Shown here piece by piece: positions 29,214-38,535 of a stretch of 64,000 nucleotides of DNA. The translations under genes and the position numbers were made by a program. The notes under the pieces were generated by a model, which saw nothing but the letters and a program-made list of their open reading frames with translations, made no database searches and was not told the origin of the DNA. The stretch spans positions 361,183-425,182 of the forward strand of contig JBAYJV010000001.1 of assembly GCA_041664925.1 (NCBI GenBank), given 5' to 3'. Each line of letters starts with the position of its first letter. The stretch's first letter is position 1. This DNA is from Minisyncoccota bacterium. Its GTDB lineage: Bacteria > Patescibacteriota > Minisyncoccia > JBAYJV01.

Positions 29214-30207
29214 GTTTTAAATTATTTAAAAAACTAGTCAAACTAACTGGCAATGGAGAGTAAAATTGATAATACTCGTTCTTGAATTTAAATGCAAGCT
29301 TTTCGGCGTGTAAAAACATTCTTTTAATTTTTACTACTGGTAATTTTTTAGTCGTGTAAAGAGGATCGCCAACGATCGGATAATTCATGGAAAACAATTG
29401 AGCTCTTAACTGATGAGTGCGACCGGTTTCTGGAAATAATGAAAGCAATGTATAGGGGATATTATCGCGATCAATTAGTTTTTTTTCAACCCGATAATAA
29501 GTAATAGCTTTTCTAGCCTTTAAATCTCCTCGCGGCTTTACTAAACTAACTCTTGCATTTGGTTTTTTATGAGAACGAGAAAGGTAACTCTCGATCTTTC
29601 CTTCTTTTTCCCTAAAATGTCCAAATACCAAAGCTTTATAGGTTTTTTTAACTTGTCTTTCCTTGAATAGTGATTTTAATTCAAGAAAAGAATTTTGATT
29701 TTTAGCAACTAGGAGAAGTCCTGATGTTTCCTTATCTAGCCTATGAACAAGACCTGGTCTTAATGGATGTTCTCCGACATTTTTTAACTCTGGGCAATGA
29801 ACTAAAAGCCCACCAACTATTGTCTTGATATTAGGATTACGATCAGGATGAACCAAAATGCCTGCTTGCTTATGAAGAACTAAAAAATCTTTATTTTCAA
29901 AAGCGATCCATAGTTTTACTGAACTATCTTGTGAAATTTTAACCTGCTTTTTTTCTTGAACAGCAATTTTTATTTTATCACCTCTTTTTAAAATATATCT
30001 TGATTCTGTTTTATGATCGTTGACACTAACAGATCCTTGCTTAATCATTTCTTGGAGCCAATTTCGCGACAACTCAGGAAACTGTTTTTTTAAAAACACA
30101 TCTATTCTTAATCTGTCATCGTTTTTAATTAAAAAAAATTTTATCAGCATGTTTTGTGGGGCAAGATGGACTCGAACCATCGACCCCGACTTTAATGTCG
30201 TAGACAA
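29194..30207 (-). CDS. RluA-family 23S rRNA pseudouridine synthase (RluD-like, S4 domain + catalytic domain)
   Basis: HRLDKETSGLLLVAKN catalytic Asp motif. The first 19 codons of the ORF overlap a partial tRNA-Ile copy, so the true start is probably the ATG at 30150 (MLIKFF...). Confidence 0.8.
   Translation of the reverse strand: MSTTLKSGSMVRVHLAPQNMLIKFFLIKNDDRLRIDVFLKKQFPELSRNWLQEMIKQGSVSVNDHKTESRYILKRGDKIKIAVQEKKQVKISQDSSVKLWIAFENKDFLVLHKQAGILVHPDRNPNIKTIVGGLLVHCPELKNVGEHPLRPGLVHRLDKETSGLLLVAKNQNSFLELKSLFKERQVKKTYKALVFGHFREKEGKIESYLSRSHKKPNARVSLVKPRGDLKARKAITYYRVEKKLIDRDNIPYTLLSLFPETGRTHQLRAQLFSMNYPIVGDPLYTTKKLPVVKIKRMFLHAEKLAFKFKNEYYQFYSPLPVSLTSFLNNLKHDKFSK
30152..30194 (-). repeat. 43-nt exact partial duplicate of the 3' half of tRNA-Ile(TAT)
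   Basis: TTTTGTGGGGCAAGATGGACTCGAACCATCGACCCCGACTTTA is identical to 30253-30295. There is no upstream 5' half or acceptor partner, so it is not a functional tRNA. Confidence 0.7.
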
Positions 30208-30257
30208 AAGTCGGGTACTATGAGGCTAAGCGAATATTATTAAAAACCTTGTTTTTG

Positions 30258-30330
30258 TGGGGCAAGATGGACTCGAACCATCGACCCCGACTTTATAAGA
30301 GTCGTGCTCTACCGACTGAGCTATTGCCCC
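30258..30330 (-). tRNA. tRNA-Ile with UAU anticodon
   Basis: GGGGCAA-TA-GCTC-AGTCGGTA-GAGC-A-CGACT-CTTATAA-AGTCG-GGGTC-GATGG-TTCGAGT-CCATC-TTGCCCC-A. Loop C32 U33 U34 A35 U36 A37 A38. Confidence 0.75.
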
Positions 30331-30341
30331 TTACAAGGACA

Positions 30342-31028
30342 TTAAATTTCTATGTGTTTTATTTCTGGTGGCTGCTCTTCTTTTTGTTTTGTGCCTTTCT
30401 CTCTTTTTTCATAAGGCCTACCAAATGGATCCAGAATTTCACTAAATGGAATTTTTATCATTCCTTGGGGTGTTCTAAAAATTGCTATTTCGCTATCACA
30501 ATATATTAATTCACCGTTTATAATACCAAGTTCGGTTCTGTGACCCCTTGATCCGACAGATGGCCAATCTGGGAATATTTCTGTTATTGTCGGTTGTTCT
30601 GTTTTGGAAACAATTAACTGTAATTCTTCTGGAGATAATTCTTTCGCTGATGGTGGCAAAATCGGGGGATTCTCTGGAGACTCTTCTATAGGATATTTTT
30701 CTCCTTTTTTCAACAAAATACACGAAGCAACAACTCCTTTTCTCTTTAATATATCAAGCATCTGTCTCAATTCTTCTTCGTGATATGGGTTATAATTTTT
30801 AACAAGAATTTCTGGTCTATCTTCGGAGAGCACATCGATTTCAATATTGCCCTTATCGAAAGTATCTATAATTATCGTAATTCTCCCATCTTCGCAAGTG
30901 TTTTGTGATTCCAATTTACAGCCCAGACTTTCAAATGCCTCAGCAATAGATCGTGCAGTACTTTCTGTTATTTTTTCTCGAGAGAGTATTTTCTCTCCTT
31001 CTTTTGGTGAAAATTCCCCAGAATGCAT
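30342..31028 (-). CDS. hypothetical protein (228 aa)
   Basis: Clean ORF; no recognisable family motif. Confidence 0.3.
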   Translation of the reverse strand: MHSGEFSPKEGEKILSREKITESTARSIAEAFESLGCKLESQNTCEDGRITIIIDTFDKGNIEIDVLSEDRPEILVKNYNPYHEEELRQMLDILKRKGVVASCILLKKGEKYPIEESPENPPILPPSAKELSPEELQLIVSKTEQPTITEIFPDWPSVGSRGHRTELGIINGELIYCDSEIAIFRTPQGMIKIPFSEILDPFGRPYEKREKGTKQKEEQPPEIKHIEI

Positions 31029-31061
31029 ATATTTTTAATATTAAATGATATTGCGAATTTG

Positions 31062-31135
31062 TGGGCTCGACAGGACTTGAACCTGTGACCTTCTCAATGT
31101 CACTGAGACGCTCTAGCCAACTGAGCTACGAGCCC
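31062..31135 (-). tRNA. tRNA-Val (anticodon GAC)
   Basis: GGGCTCG acceptor, anticodon loop GTGACAT, T-loop TTCAAGT. Confidence 0.75.
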
Positions 31136-31140
31136 ATTTT

Positions 31141-31282
31141 TATTAAACCCGAAGCATTAAACCTGAAATCCGAAACAATATTTAAATTATAATTCTTAAA
31201 TTCAAAACAGTTTTTTTAAAATAAACATTTAGATTTTGAATTTGTCTCGAATTTCGAAATTCGATATTCGAATTTATTAATG
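31141..31282. repeat. intergenic repeat element copy B (homologous to 16365-16500), contains perfect 16-mer palindrome CGAATTTCGAAATTCG
   Basis: Blocks AAACCCGAAGCA, CCGAAACAA, ATTCAAAA and TTCGAATTT in the same order as copy A. Palindrome at 31248-31263. Confidence 0.6.
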
Positions 31283-31286
31283 TATG

Positions 31287-31360
31287 CGTCCCCAGCTGGG
31301 CTTGAACCAGCAACCTACAGCTTAGAAGGCTGTCGCTCTATCCAATTGAGCTATAGGGAC
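31287..31360 (-). tRNA. tRNA-Arg (anticodon TCT)
   Basis: GTCCCTA acceptor, anticodon loop CTTCTAA, T-loop TTCAAGC. Confidence 0.75.
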
Positions 31361-31373
31361 ATTAGAAACATTA

Positions 31374-32009
31374 TTATGCCTTCCTTAAAATAACAAGCTT
31401 GGTTTTTTCTCGATTTAATTTTTCCGGTTCTAATTTCAACTTATCCAATTCTTCTTTTTCTTGGCCTATTTCCTGAATAAAATAATCAGCATTACTAAGA
31501 CCCATCTTGTCATCATGATCAGCGTCTGTTTTATAGAACATAGGAATGACTATAGCGGGCTCTATTTGATGAACGATTTCTACTGCATCGGTTGCCTCAA
31601 GCACAGATTTGCCACCAACAGGTATCATTAAAACATCAACCCCATCTATTTTTTCCAATAACTTTCCTACCGAAGATTTTTGCCTAATCGTGCCCATATG
31701 GACCAATGTTGAGCCATTCCAATGAATGACAAAAATATTATTCATTGTTTTATCCGGACCAGCAGAAGAATGCACCTGAATACTGATATCTTGAACTTCA
31801 TATTCTCCTGGGTAGGTAAATGTATATTTTGTTTTATTAATAGTATTCTTATCGTACTTGAGAAAATCAGGATTACTCAAAAGACAAACATCTGGAGTGT
31901 CTTCAGATGGTTTTATGTCGTAAGTCTTATTGTCTACTGGATCAATCCAAAGGCTAATACTTCCATCATTGATTTTGAAAAATGATAAACCTTGCCAATC
32001 AATAGTCAT
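31374..32009 (-). CDS. MBL-fold metal-dependent hydrolase-like protein (Lactamase_B_3-like)
   Basis: C-terminal VDVLMIPVGG...LEATDAVEIV..IEPAIVIPMFY resembles the UPF0173-type beta-lactamase-fold hydrolase C-terminus. His motifs are degenerate. Confidence 0.4.
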   Translation of the reverse strand: MTIDWQGLSFFKINDGSISLWIDPVDNKTYDIKPSEDTPDVCLLSNPDFLKYDKNTINKTKYTFTYPGEYEVQDISIQVHSSAGPDKTMNNIFVIHWNGSTLVHMGTIRQKSSVGKLLEKIDGVDVLMIPVGGKSVLEATDAVEIVHQIEPAIVIPMFYKTDADHDDKMGLSNADYFIQEIGQEKEELDKLKLEPEKLNREKTKLVILRKA

Positions 32010-32269
32010 AAAATAGTTATTTAAAAATTAATCTTTGTATTCTTATTATACCTGATTGTAAGTTTTTTTTCTAAAAAAGCAAGTTTATTCTTAAAAAAAC
32101 GTGCTTTATTTTCGAAAAACACAATAAATCACTTGAAAAAAATAAAATACCGGCTATAATAGAAAATCTACAGCATCCAGCTGATCATTTTTTGTGCTGG
32201 TACTGTTTTCATTCCTTGAATGAATATTTGTTTATTCAATGGCATGAATTAATTTGAAAGGAGCTTTTA

Positions 32270-33406
32270 ATGACTAATGTAAAAATAAGTAAAAAGGACA
32301 AAGATAAAAAAAATAAATTCGATATAGATTTTCTAAAAAAAGGGGAAATTGTCGAAGCTAAAGTTATAAGTAAGGGGCGCAAGATTATCTATTTTGATTT
32401 GGGCGCCAGAGGAATGGGAATATGCTATAAAAGTGAATTTTTTGATTTACCCCAAGATATGAGGGAAATTGAAGAGGGAAAAGCGATTGCTGCTAAAGTC
32501 TTACAGCTTGAAAACGAAGAAGGGTATGTTGAGTTATCTCTTAAGAGAGCAGGAGAAGAGAAGAGCTGGGATTACATTAAAGACAAGATGGAAAAAGGAG
32601 AGGATATTACAGTTAAAATCGTCGGAGCTAATAGGGGTGGTCTTTTAGCCAAGGTTAGAGACATTGACGCTTTCTTGCCAGCCTCTCAATTGTCTAAAGA
32701 CAATTATCCAGATTTTGGCGGAGACAGCGAAAGAATTCTCAAAGAACTTAAAAATCTGGTTGGAAAAGATCTGCAAGTACGCATCGTTGACATTGAGAAA
32801 AATGACAAAAAACTAATTTTATCTGAAAAAGCAGACGAAACAGAGAAAATTAAAGAGAGAATCAAGAATCATCAAATTGGTGACATTGTTGAGGGAAAAG
32901 TTTGTGGAATTGTTGATTACGGAGCGTTTATTAAATTTGACGATAACCTAGAAGGACTAGTGCACATATCAGAAATAGATTGGCAACTCATTGAGGATCC
33001 TAGAGATGTTTTGAAGGTTGGTCAAGACGTTAAAGCAAAAATTATCGGGTTAAGAGATAATCAGGTATCTCTTTCCCTTAAGGCGCTAAAGCAAGATCCG
33101 TGGCTTGAAATTAAGGATAAATATCAGAGGGGCGATGTGGTTAAGGCAGAAGTTGTAAAATTAAATCCTTATGGTGCTTTTGTAAAACTTGACGAGAAAA
33201 TTCAAGGATTAGTACCAATCTCAAAACTTCCAACGAAAGATGGACAAATATCAATTGAAATTGGGAAACAGTACAAATTCAAAATATTCTCAGTTAATAT
33301 TTTGCGCCACCGCATGGCATTAATACCAGCCGAAGAGGCAGAAAAGACTGAGAAAAAAACAGAAAAGACAGAAAAAGTAAATGAGATAGAAAAAGAAAAA
33401 AAGTAA
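32270..33406 (+). CDS. rpsA: 30S ribosomal protein S1 (short, 4 S1 domains)
   Basis: Four tandem S1/OB repeats (GEIVEAKV..., DITVKIVGANRGG..., GDIVEGKVCGIVDYGAFI..., GDVVKAEVVKLNPYGAFV...). Confidence 0.8.
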   Translation: MTNVKISKKDKDKKNKFDIDFLKKGEIVEAKVISKGRKIIYFDLGARGMGICYKSEFFDLPQDMREIEEGKAIAAKVLQLENEEGYVELSLKRAGEEKSWDYIKDKMEKGEDITVKIVGANRGGLLAKVRDIDAFLPASQLSKDNYPDFGGDSERILKELKNLVGKDLQVRIVDIEKNDKKLILSEKADETEKIKERIKNHQIGDIVEGKVCGIVDYGAFIKFDDNLEGLVHISEIDWQLIEDPRDVLKVGQDVKAKIIGLRDNQVSLSLKALKQDPWLEIKDKYQRGDVVKAEVVKLNPYGAFVKLDEKIQGLVPISKLPTKDGQISIEIGKQYKFKIFSVNILRHRMALIPAEEAEKTEKKTEKTEKVNEIEKEKK

Positions 33407-33435
33407 AACAATAGAATAAAAATAAGTATAAAAAA

Positions 33436-35301
33436 ATGAAAAATTGGCTTAAAAATTTTCTTTTGATTTTTGTTCTACTTTTAGTTTTCTCAAGCCTGTT
33501 TAGTTTAACGGATAATGGGTATTTAAAAAAAGTAGAGGAAGTTTCTATTACTCAGCTCGTTTCGCAAATTGAACAGAAACAGGTAGAGAAAATAACAATT
33601 CAAGGAAATAATTTAGAAGTATTGTTGGTTGGTGGGGTGAAAGAAATAGTTATTAAAGAAGATGGAGCACCCTTAACGACTACTCTAAAAAATCTTGGAG
33701 TAAATGAAAGTTATCTTAAGGGGATTGATGTTCGAGAGAAGATGCCGAGTGGATTTTTCATTTTTGCGACAACATTTTTACCCATTCTGTTTCCTTTTGT
33801 TATTATCGGAGTTTTCGTCTGGTTTATGTGGCGTCAAGCTCAAAAAGGACAGTCTCAGGCGTTTATGTTTGGCAAGACGAAAGCGCGTCTTTTCTATAAT
33901 CCTGACGGAAAGAATAAAATCGGCTTTGATGATGTTGGTGGACTAGCTGAAATAAAAGACGAACTTAAAGAAATTGTTGAATTTCTCAAAAGTCCCAAAA
34001 AATTTCTAAACATGGGAGCAAAAATTCCTCGAGGCGTCCTTTTGGTTGGGCCTCCGGGAAGTGGGAAGACTTTAGTGGCAAGAGCAATCGCAAATGAGGC
34101 AGGAGTTCCATTTTTTAGTATCTCTGGATCGGAGTTTGTTGAAATGTTTGTCGGTGTGGGCGCTGCCAGAGTTCGTGACACTTTTAGATTAGCCAAGAAG
34201 CATGCGCCATCAATTTTATTTATTGATGAACTTGATGCGATCGGTCGTCATCGAGGCGCAGGGCTTGGCGGTGGTCACGATGAAAGAGAGCAGACCTTAA
34301 ATCAAATTTTGGTTGAAATGGATGGTTTTGCCAAAGAAACAAGCGTTATTGTAATGGCAGCAACTAATCGTCCTGATATTCTTGATCCGGCATTATTGAG
34401 ACCGGGTCGCTTTGATCGTCGAGTTATTCTTGAACATCCTGATATCAAAGATCGAGAGAAAATTCTAGGAATTCATTCAAAAAATAAACCATTTGATAAA
34501 AATGTAAAGTTAAAAACTATCGCAGAGCGAACACCTGGTTTTTCTGGAGCTGACTTAGAAAATCTTTTAAACGAAGCAGCAATTTTAGCTGCCGGACAAA
34601 ATAGGAAAAATATTTCTCAGCAAAACCTAATTGATTCTATTGAGAAAGTTATGCTAGGACCAGAAAGAAAGAGCAAGTTGCTTAGTGTAAAAGAAAAAGA
34701 ACTTACTGCTTACCATGAAGCAGGACATGGTCTTGTAGCGGCGCGTCTTCCTTACGCAGATCCGATTCACAAGATTTCCATTATTTCTCGCGGAATGGCA
34801 GGTGGCTATACAATTAAACTTCCAACAGAAGATAAATACTTTCATTCAAAATCGGAATTTTTGACTGACATTTCGGTGCTTTTGGGTGGTTATGCTGCCG
34901 AGAAGGTAATTTTTAATGAGATTACCACAGGCGCATCTAGCGACCTTCAAAGATCTACCGAATTGGCAAGAGAATTAATTACTAAATATGGGATGAGTGA
35001 AACCCTTGGGCCTATTACTTTTGGCAAGAGAGAAGAACTGATCTTTTTGGGAAAAGAAATCCACGAAGACAGAAATTATTCAGAAAAAGTTGCTGCTCAA
35101 ATTGATCAAGAAATTTCAAAAATGGTTAAAACCGCTCTCGTAAAAGCTGAAGAGATTATTAAAAAAGACAGAGATCTTATTAAAAAAATCGCTCAAATCT
35201 TAATTAAACAAGAGACCATAGAGCGAGATGAATTCGAGAAGTTAGTAAAAGCAAAAACGACAAAAACAGTTACTAAAAAAGAAATCGTAAAAGGGAAATG
35301 A
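33436..35301 (+). CDS. ftsH: ATP-dependent zinc metalloprotease FtsH
   Basis: Two N-terminal TM helices, Walker [17 protein letters not shown] zinc motif ([10 protein letters not shown]). Confidence 0.9.
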   Translation: MKNWLKNFLLIFVLLLVFSSLFSLTDNGYLKKVEEVSITQLVSQIEQKQVEKITIQGNNLEVLLVGGVKEIVIKEDGAPLTTTLKNLGVNESYLKGIDVREKMPSGFFIFATTFLPILFPFVIIGVFVWFMWRQAQKGQSQAFMFGKTKARLFYNPDGKNKIGFDDVGGLAEIKDELKEIVEFLKSPKKFLNMGAKIPRGVLLVGPPGSGKTLVARAIANEAGVPFFSISGSEFVEMFVGVGAARVRDTFRLAKKHAPSILFIDELDAIGRHRGAGLGGGHDEREQTLNQILVEMDGFAKETSVIVMAATNRPDILDPALLRPGRFDRRVILEHPDIKDREKILGIHSKNKPFDKNVKLKTIAERTPGFSGADLENLLNEAAILAAGQNRKNISQQNLIDSIEKVMLGPERKSKLLSVKEKELTAYHEAGHGLVAARLPYADPIHKISIISRGMAGGYTIKLPTEDKYFHSKSEFLTDISVLLGGYAAEKVIFNEITTGASSDLQRSTELARELITKYGMSETLGPITFGKREELIFLGKEIHEDRNYSEKVAAQIDQEISKMVKTALVKAEEIIKKDRDLIKKIAQILIKQETIERDEFEKLVKAKTTKTVTKKEIVKGK

Positions 35302-35437
35302 AAAATAATTAAGACTTAAGGTTTATGTGGAGTCCTGCACCAGAACCCTACAGCAGAACAAGTTCGCTTCAGGGCGAGCAAGTTCGATGCAGGACACAAA
35401 AAACACTAAACTCATAAATTTACTAAGTGTTTTTAGT

Positions 35438-35510
35438 GCCCTCGTAGCTCAATTGGATAGAGCAGGTCTCTCCTAAGGACAAGATGGAAGTTCGATTCTC
35501 CCCGAGGGCA
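35438..35510 (+). tRNA. tRNA-Arg (anticodon CCT)
   Basis: GCCCTCG acceptor, anticodon loop CTCCTAA, T-loop TTCGATT. One mismatch each in the anticodon and T stems. Confidence 0.6.
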
Positions 35511-35532
35511 TATGTTAGCATAAAAAATCTAT

Positions 35533-35605
35533 GGGTTGGTAGCTCAATTGGCAGAGCAGAGGCCTCTTAAGCCTAAGGTTGAGGGTTCGATTCCCTCCCG
35601 ACCCA
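35533..35605 (+). tRNA. tRNA-Lys (anticodon CTT)
   Basis: GGGTTGG acceptor, anticodon loop CTCTTAA, T-loop TTCGATT. Confidence 0.7.
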
Positions 35606-35740
35606 CGTCATGTTTTATTAAAACACCTCTTTCGGTGTTTTTTTAAATAATTAATAAAAACTTTTCCACAGTTGCTTTTAATTTTTTTCTCTGTAGGATA
35701 AAGATATGGTTGTTCTTTAAAACAAGGAGGAAAGATATCA

Positions 35741-36391
35741 ATGAGAGTTGATGGGGAGGACAAGACCATGATTCTTTGTGAGGGAAATATCGGTGCAGGA
35801 AAAAGTACCGTCGGAAAAAGACTTAGCGATACAAAATTAGTTGCTTTTGTTGAAGAACCAGTTGGAGCATGGAAAGGAGATTTCGAAGAGAACCTGCTTG
35901 ATCTGTTTTATCGAGATGCTCATCGATGGGCATTTACCTTCCAACTAGCGGCATTTACAACTCGAGCAAAAACATGGACCGAAGTTTTGGCGATGACAGA
36001 TCATCGAAATGTCGTTCTTGAAAGGTCTATTTATTGTGATCGGTATGTATTTGCCAAAAACTGCTATCAATCAGGATTAATGACAAAAACAGAATGGCAG
36101 TTATATTGCAAACTTTGGGATTGGCTCCAATCAAATTGGTGTGCTGATCCGGATAAAATTGTTTATCTAAGGACGCCAGCAGAAGTTTGTCTTAATCGTA
36201 TCAACGAGAGAGGAAGGGCAGAGGAAAGCAGTATTCCTATTGAATACCTGAAAGACCTCGAGAGATTACATGATGAATGGCTTTTGGGCAATTCCAAGGC
36301 AATTGTCGTAAATGGTACGCAAAAAGAAGAGGAAATAGTTCAAGAAATATTGCGCAGACTTAAGGAAAGCGGCATCGTACTTGGTTCATAA
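35741..36391 (+). CDS. deoxynucleoside kinase (dNK/dCK/dGK family)
   Basis: P-loop EGNIGAGKST, ERS motif (LERSIYCDRYVF), LID region. Strong SD AGGAGG 9 nt upstream. Confidence 0.75.
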   Translation: MRVDGEDKTMILCEGNIGAGKSTVGKRLSDTKLVAFVEEPVGAWKGDFEENLLDLFYRDAHRWAFTFQLAAFTTRAKTWTEVLAMTDHRNVVLERSIYCDRYVFAKNCYQSGLMTKTEWQLYCKLWDWLQSNWCADPDKIVYLRTPAEVCLNRINERGRAEESSIPIEYLKDLERLHDEWLLGNSKAIVVNGTQKEEEIVQEILRRLKESGIVLGS

Positions 36392-36400
36392 GCATAACAA

Positions 36401-36430
36401 AAGGGCTCGTAAAGAAATGAGCCCTTTTTT
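36401..36430 (+). terminator. rho-independent terminator
   Basis: AAGGGCTC-GTAAAGAAAT-GAGCCCTT followed by TTTTTC. Confidence 0.6.
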
Positions 36431-36602
36431 CTTTCTTTCTTTATTTAAAAGAGTAAAATAAGATTAATATGGGAATTATATCAAAACTTATCGCGCTTAT
36501 AATTATTGTGTTAATTGTAGTTCTTTGCATTATCTATTTGGCAAGATTTATTAATATTCCTTTTATAAAAGGAATTTAATTTTTAATTATACAAAAAATA
36601 AT

Positions 36603-36827
36603 ATGAAAAATGAGATTATAGAAAAAATTGCTGCTTTAGCAACTGCCGCCTTTGGACTAGTAGCAGCTTTGGCGTGGAATGATGCTATTCAGACAATCTT
36701 TAAGAAAGTTTTTGGCGATGCCAGTAGTATTGGCGCGATGATTGCTTATGCGGTTATAATTACAGTCATTGCTGTTTGGGTAACTATAATGATTGGTAAG
36801 GCTGCGTCAAAAGCTAGTAAGAAATAG
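36603..36827 (+). CDS. small membrane protein (74 aa, two hydrophobic helices, Lys-rich C-terminus)
   Basis: Hydrophobicity pattern only. Confidence 0.3.
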   Translation: MKNEIIEKIAALATAAFGLVAALAWNDAIQTIFKKVFGDASSIGAMIAYAVIITVIAVWVTIMIGKAASKASKK

Positions 36828-36832
36828 TTTTT

Positions 36833-37255
36833 ATGGAAAAACGTTGTCCTTTTTGTGATATTCTCGAAACAAAGAAGAGAATTATAAAAGAAGGGAAGAG
36901 TATTTTTGTTATTTTGAGTGATCCTCGATTAATGGTTGGACACATTTTGGTTATTCCAAAAAGGCATGTTGAAAAAATTTCAGAACTTGAAGAAGAAGAA
37001 AGACGAGAATTGTTCAATTTTACAGTAAAATTTCAAGAAAAGATCCTCGAGAAGATCGCCCCTGGATGTGATATTAGGCAACATCATCGGCCATTTATCT
37101 CTCAAAACGATCTTAAAATTGACCATCTCCATATTCATCTTCAACCAAGATTTTTAGATGACGAACTTTATAAGAAATCCCAAATTTATCATCGGAATAT
37201 TTTTAAGCCATTAACTGAAAAAGAGGCAAATAAAATTAGTAAACTATTAAAATAA
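36833..37255 (+). CDS. HIT-family (histidine triad) nucleotide hydrolase
   Basis: GHILVIPKRH ... HLHIHLQP histidine-triad motif. Confidence 0.75.
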   Translation: MEKRCPFCDILETKKRIIKEGKSIFVILSDPRLMVGHILVIPKRHVEKISELEEEERRELFNFTVKFQEKILEKIAPGCDIRQHHRPFISQNDLKIDHLHIHLQPRFLDDELYKKSQIYHRNIFKPLTEKEANKISKLLK

Positions 37256-37424
37256 TATCGCGATGTCTTTCATGAACAAGAAATTAAAATGGTGGGTAGT
37301 TATTTTAATCGGTTTTATTGTAAGTATTTTAATTATGTTAGCAGAGGTTTTAGTAACGAGATAATCATGGAGGAGAATAGGAGGTATCGTATAAAAAACA
37401 ATTGAAGGAGAAAAACTGGAGGTA

Positions 37425-37452
37425 TGAAAAAAGAGCATTAATTCTGCTCTTT
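37425..37452. terminator. bidirectional rho-independent terminator between HIT operon and xerC-like gene
   Basis: AAAAAAGAGCA-TTAATTC-TGCTCTTTTTG: A-run and T-run flank a 6-bp GC-containing stem. Confidence 0.5.
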
Positions 37453-37472
37453 TTGTTTGGAAAATTATTTTT

Positions 37473-38384
37473 TTATTTTCTTGTCTTGTCGTGAAATTTT
37501 TGATGAATTTCTTTTAATCCCTTATCGGTAACATGGGTATAAATTTGAGTTGTGGATACATTGGCATGACCCAATAGGGCTTGAACTGATCTCAGGTCTG
37601 CTCCTCCTGCCAATAAATCGGTAGCAAATGAATGTCTTAAGGTATGCGGAGTAATCTGTTTTACTATTCCGGCCCTAATTGTCCATTTTTGCACAATTCT
37701 TTGAACTGATCTGGGGGTAAGTCTTAAGTTGTCTCGTTTTCCAACTTTTTTAATGCGGGCAAATAGGGACGGATCAACATCTGTGCGTTTTTCTAAGTAC
37801 TTCTTTATGGCTTCTTTGGCTTTTTCAGAAAGAAAAACAATTCTGATTTTATCCCCCTTACCCTTAATGCTAAAATCTGTTTTTTCTAGGTTAATTTTTT
37901 CTCTATTTAAACTACAAAGCTCTGATACCCGAAGGCCAGTGCTAAAAAGAGTTTCTAAAATTGCTTTATCCCTGAGATTAGTTATTTTGACACGGTCTTT
38001 TTCTTTCTCTAATGGCGTTGCCAATAATCTCTCAAGCTCGTTACCATCTAAAATTTCAATTTCGTGCTGACCACTTTTTGCGAGTTCTATTTTTTCTGGA
38101 GAAAGCGAAGTAATATTATTTTTAGAAAAGTAAAGCAAGAATCCTCGAAGAGCAATTAGGTGATAATTTTGAGTAATCTTTTTAAGTTGACCGTTATTCA
38201 GGCGATTAAGGTAAAGACGATATTCTCGAACTAAATCGCCAGTAATCTGCTCTGGTTTTTCTATTTTTGCCCACTCCAAGAAACGATTTAAGTATCTTCT
38301 ATAATTATCTAAGGTTTTTTGACTAGAACCTCTCTCAATTTCAAGGTAGTCAAGGTAGCGCTTAATAAGATCATTTATGGTCAT
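37473..38384 (-). CDS. xerC: tyrosine site-specific recombinase, XerC/XerD-like
   Basis: N-terminal SAM-like core-binding domain. C-terminal catalytic motifs R...HTLRHSFATDLLAGGADLRSVQALLGHANVSTTQIYTHV (His-x-x-Arg, catalytic Tyr). Confidence 0.8.
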   Translation of the reverse strand: MTINDLIKRYLDYLEIERGSSQKTLDNYRRYLNRFLEWAKIEKPEQITGDLVREYRLYLNRLNNGQLKKITQNYHLIALRGFLLYFSKNNITSLSPEKIELAKSGQHEIEILDGNELERLLATPLEKEKDRVKITNLRDKAILETLFSTGLRVSELCSLNREKINLEKTDFSIKGKGDKIRIVFLSEKAKEAIKKYLEKRTDVDPSLFARIKKVGKRDNLRLTPRSVQRIVQKWTIRAGIVKQITPHTLRHSFATDLLAGGADLRSVQALLGHANVSTTQIYTHVTDKGLKEIHQKFHDKTRK

Positions 38385-38535
38385 ATTTTTATTATAGTAG
38401 AAAAAATCTAATTCTATTATACGACATATAATTTGTAAAATCTACAACTATACTTGTTTTTTTTGAATTTTGTGCTATCATGGGAAGGAAGAAGGGCGAA
38501 GTCTTCTAATATTTGTCTTTATTGATTTTTTGTTT

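Noticed and set aside
30155-30230. Possible second tRNA gene upstream of tRNA-Ile
   Set aside because: Only the 3' half (T-arm and acceptor 3' strand) is present. The upstream sequence cannot form an acceptor or D-arm (no GGGGCAA partner), so it is a partial duplicate, not a gene.
37473-38384. XerC/D-like recombinase as integrase of a mobile element
   Set aside because: It has full XerCD-type motifs and housekeeping neighbours (HIT, rpsO), and no flanking tRNA or direct repeats. More likely the chromosomal dimer-resolution recombinase, although a single Xer in a small genome cannot be distinguished from an integrase by sequence alone.
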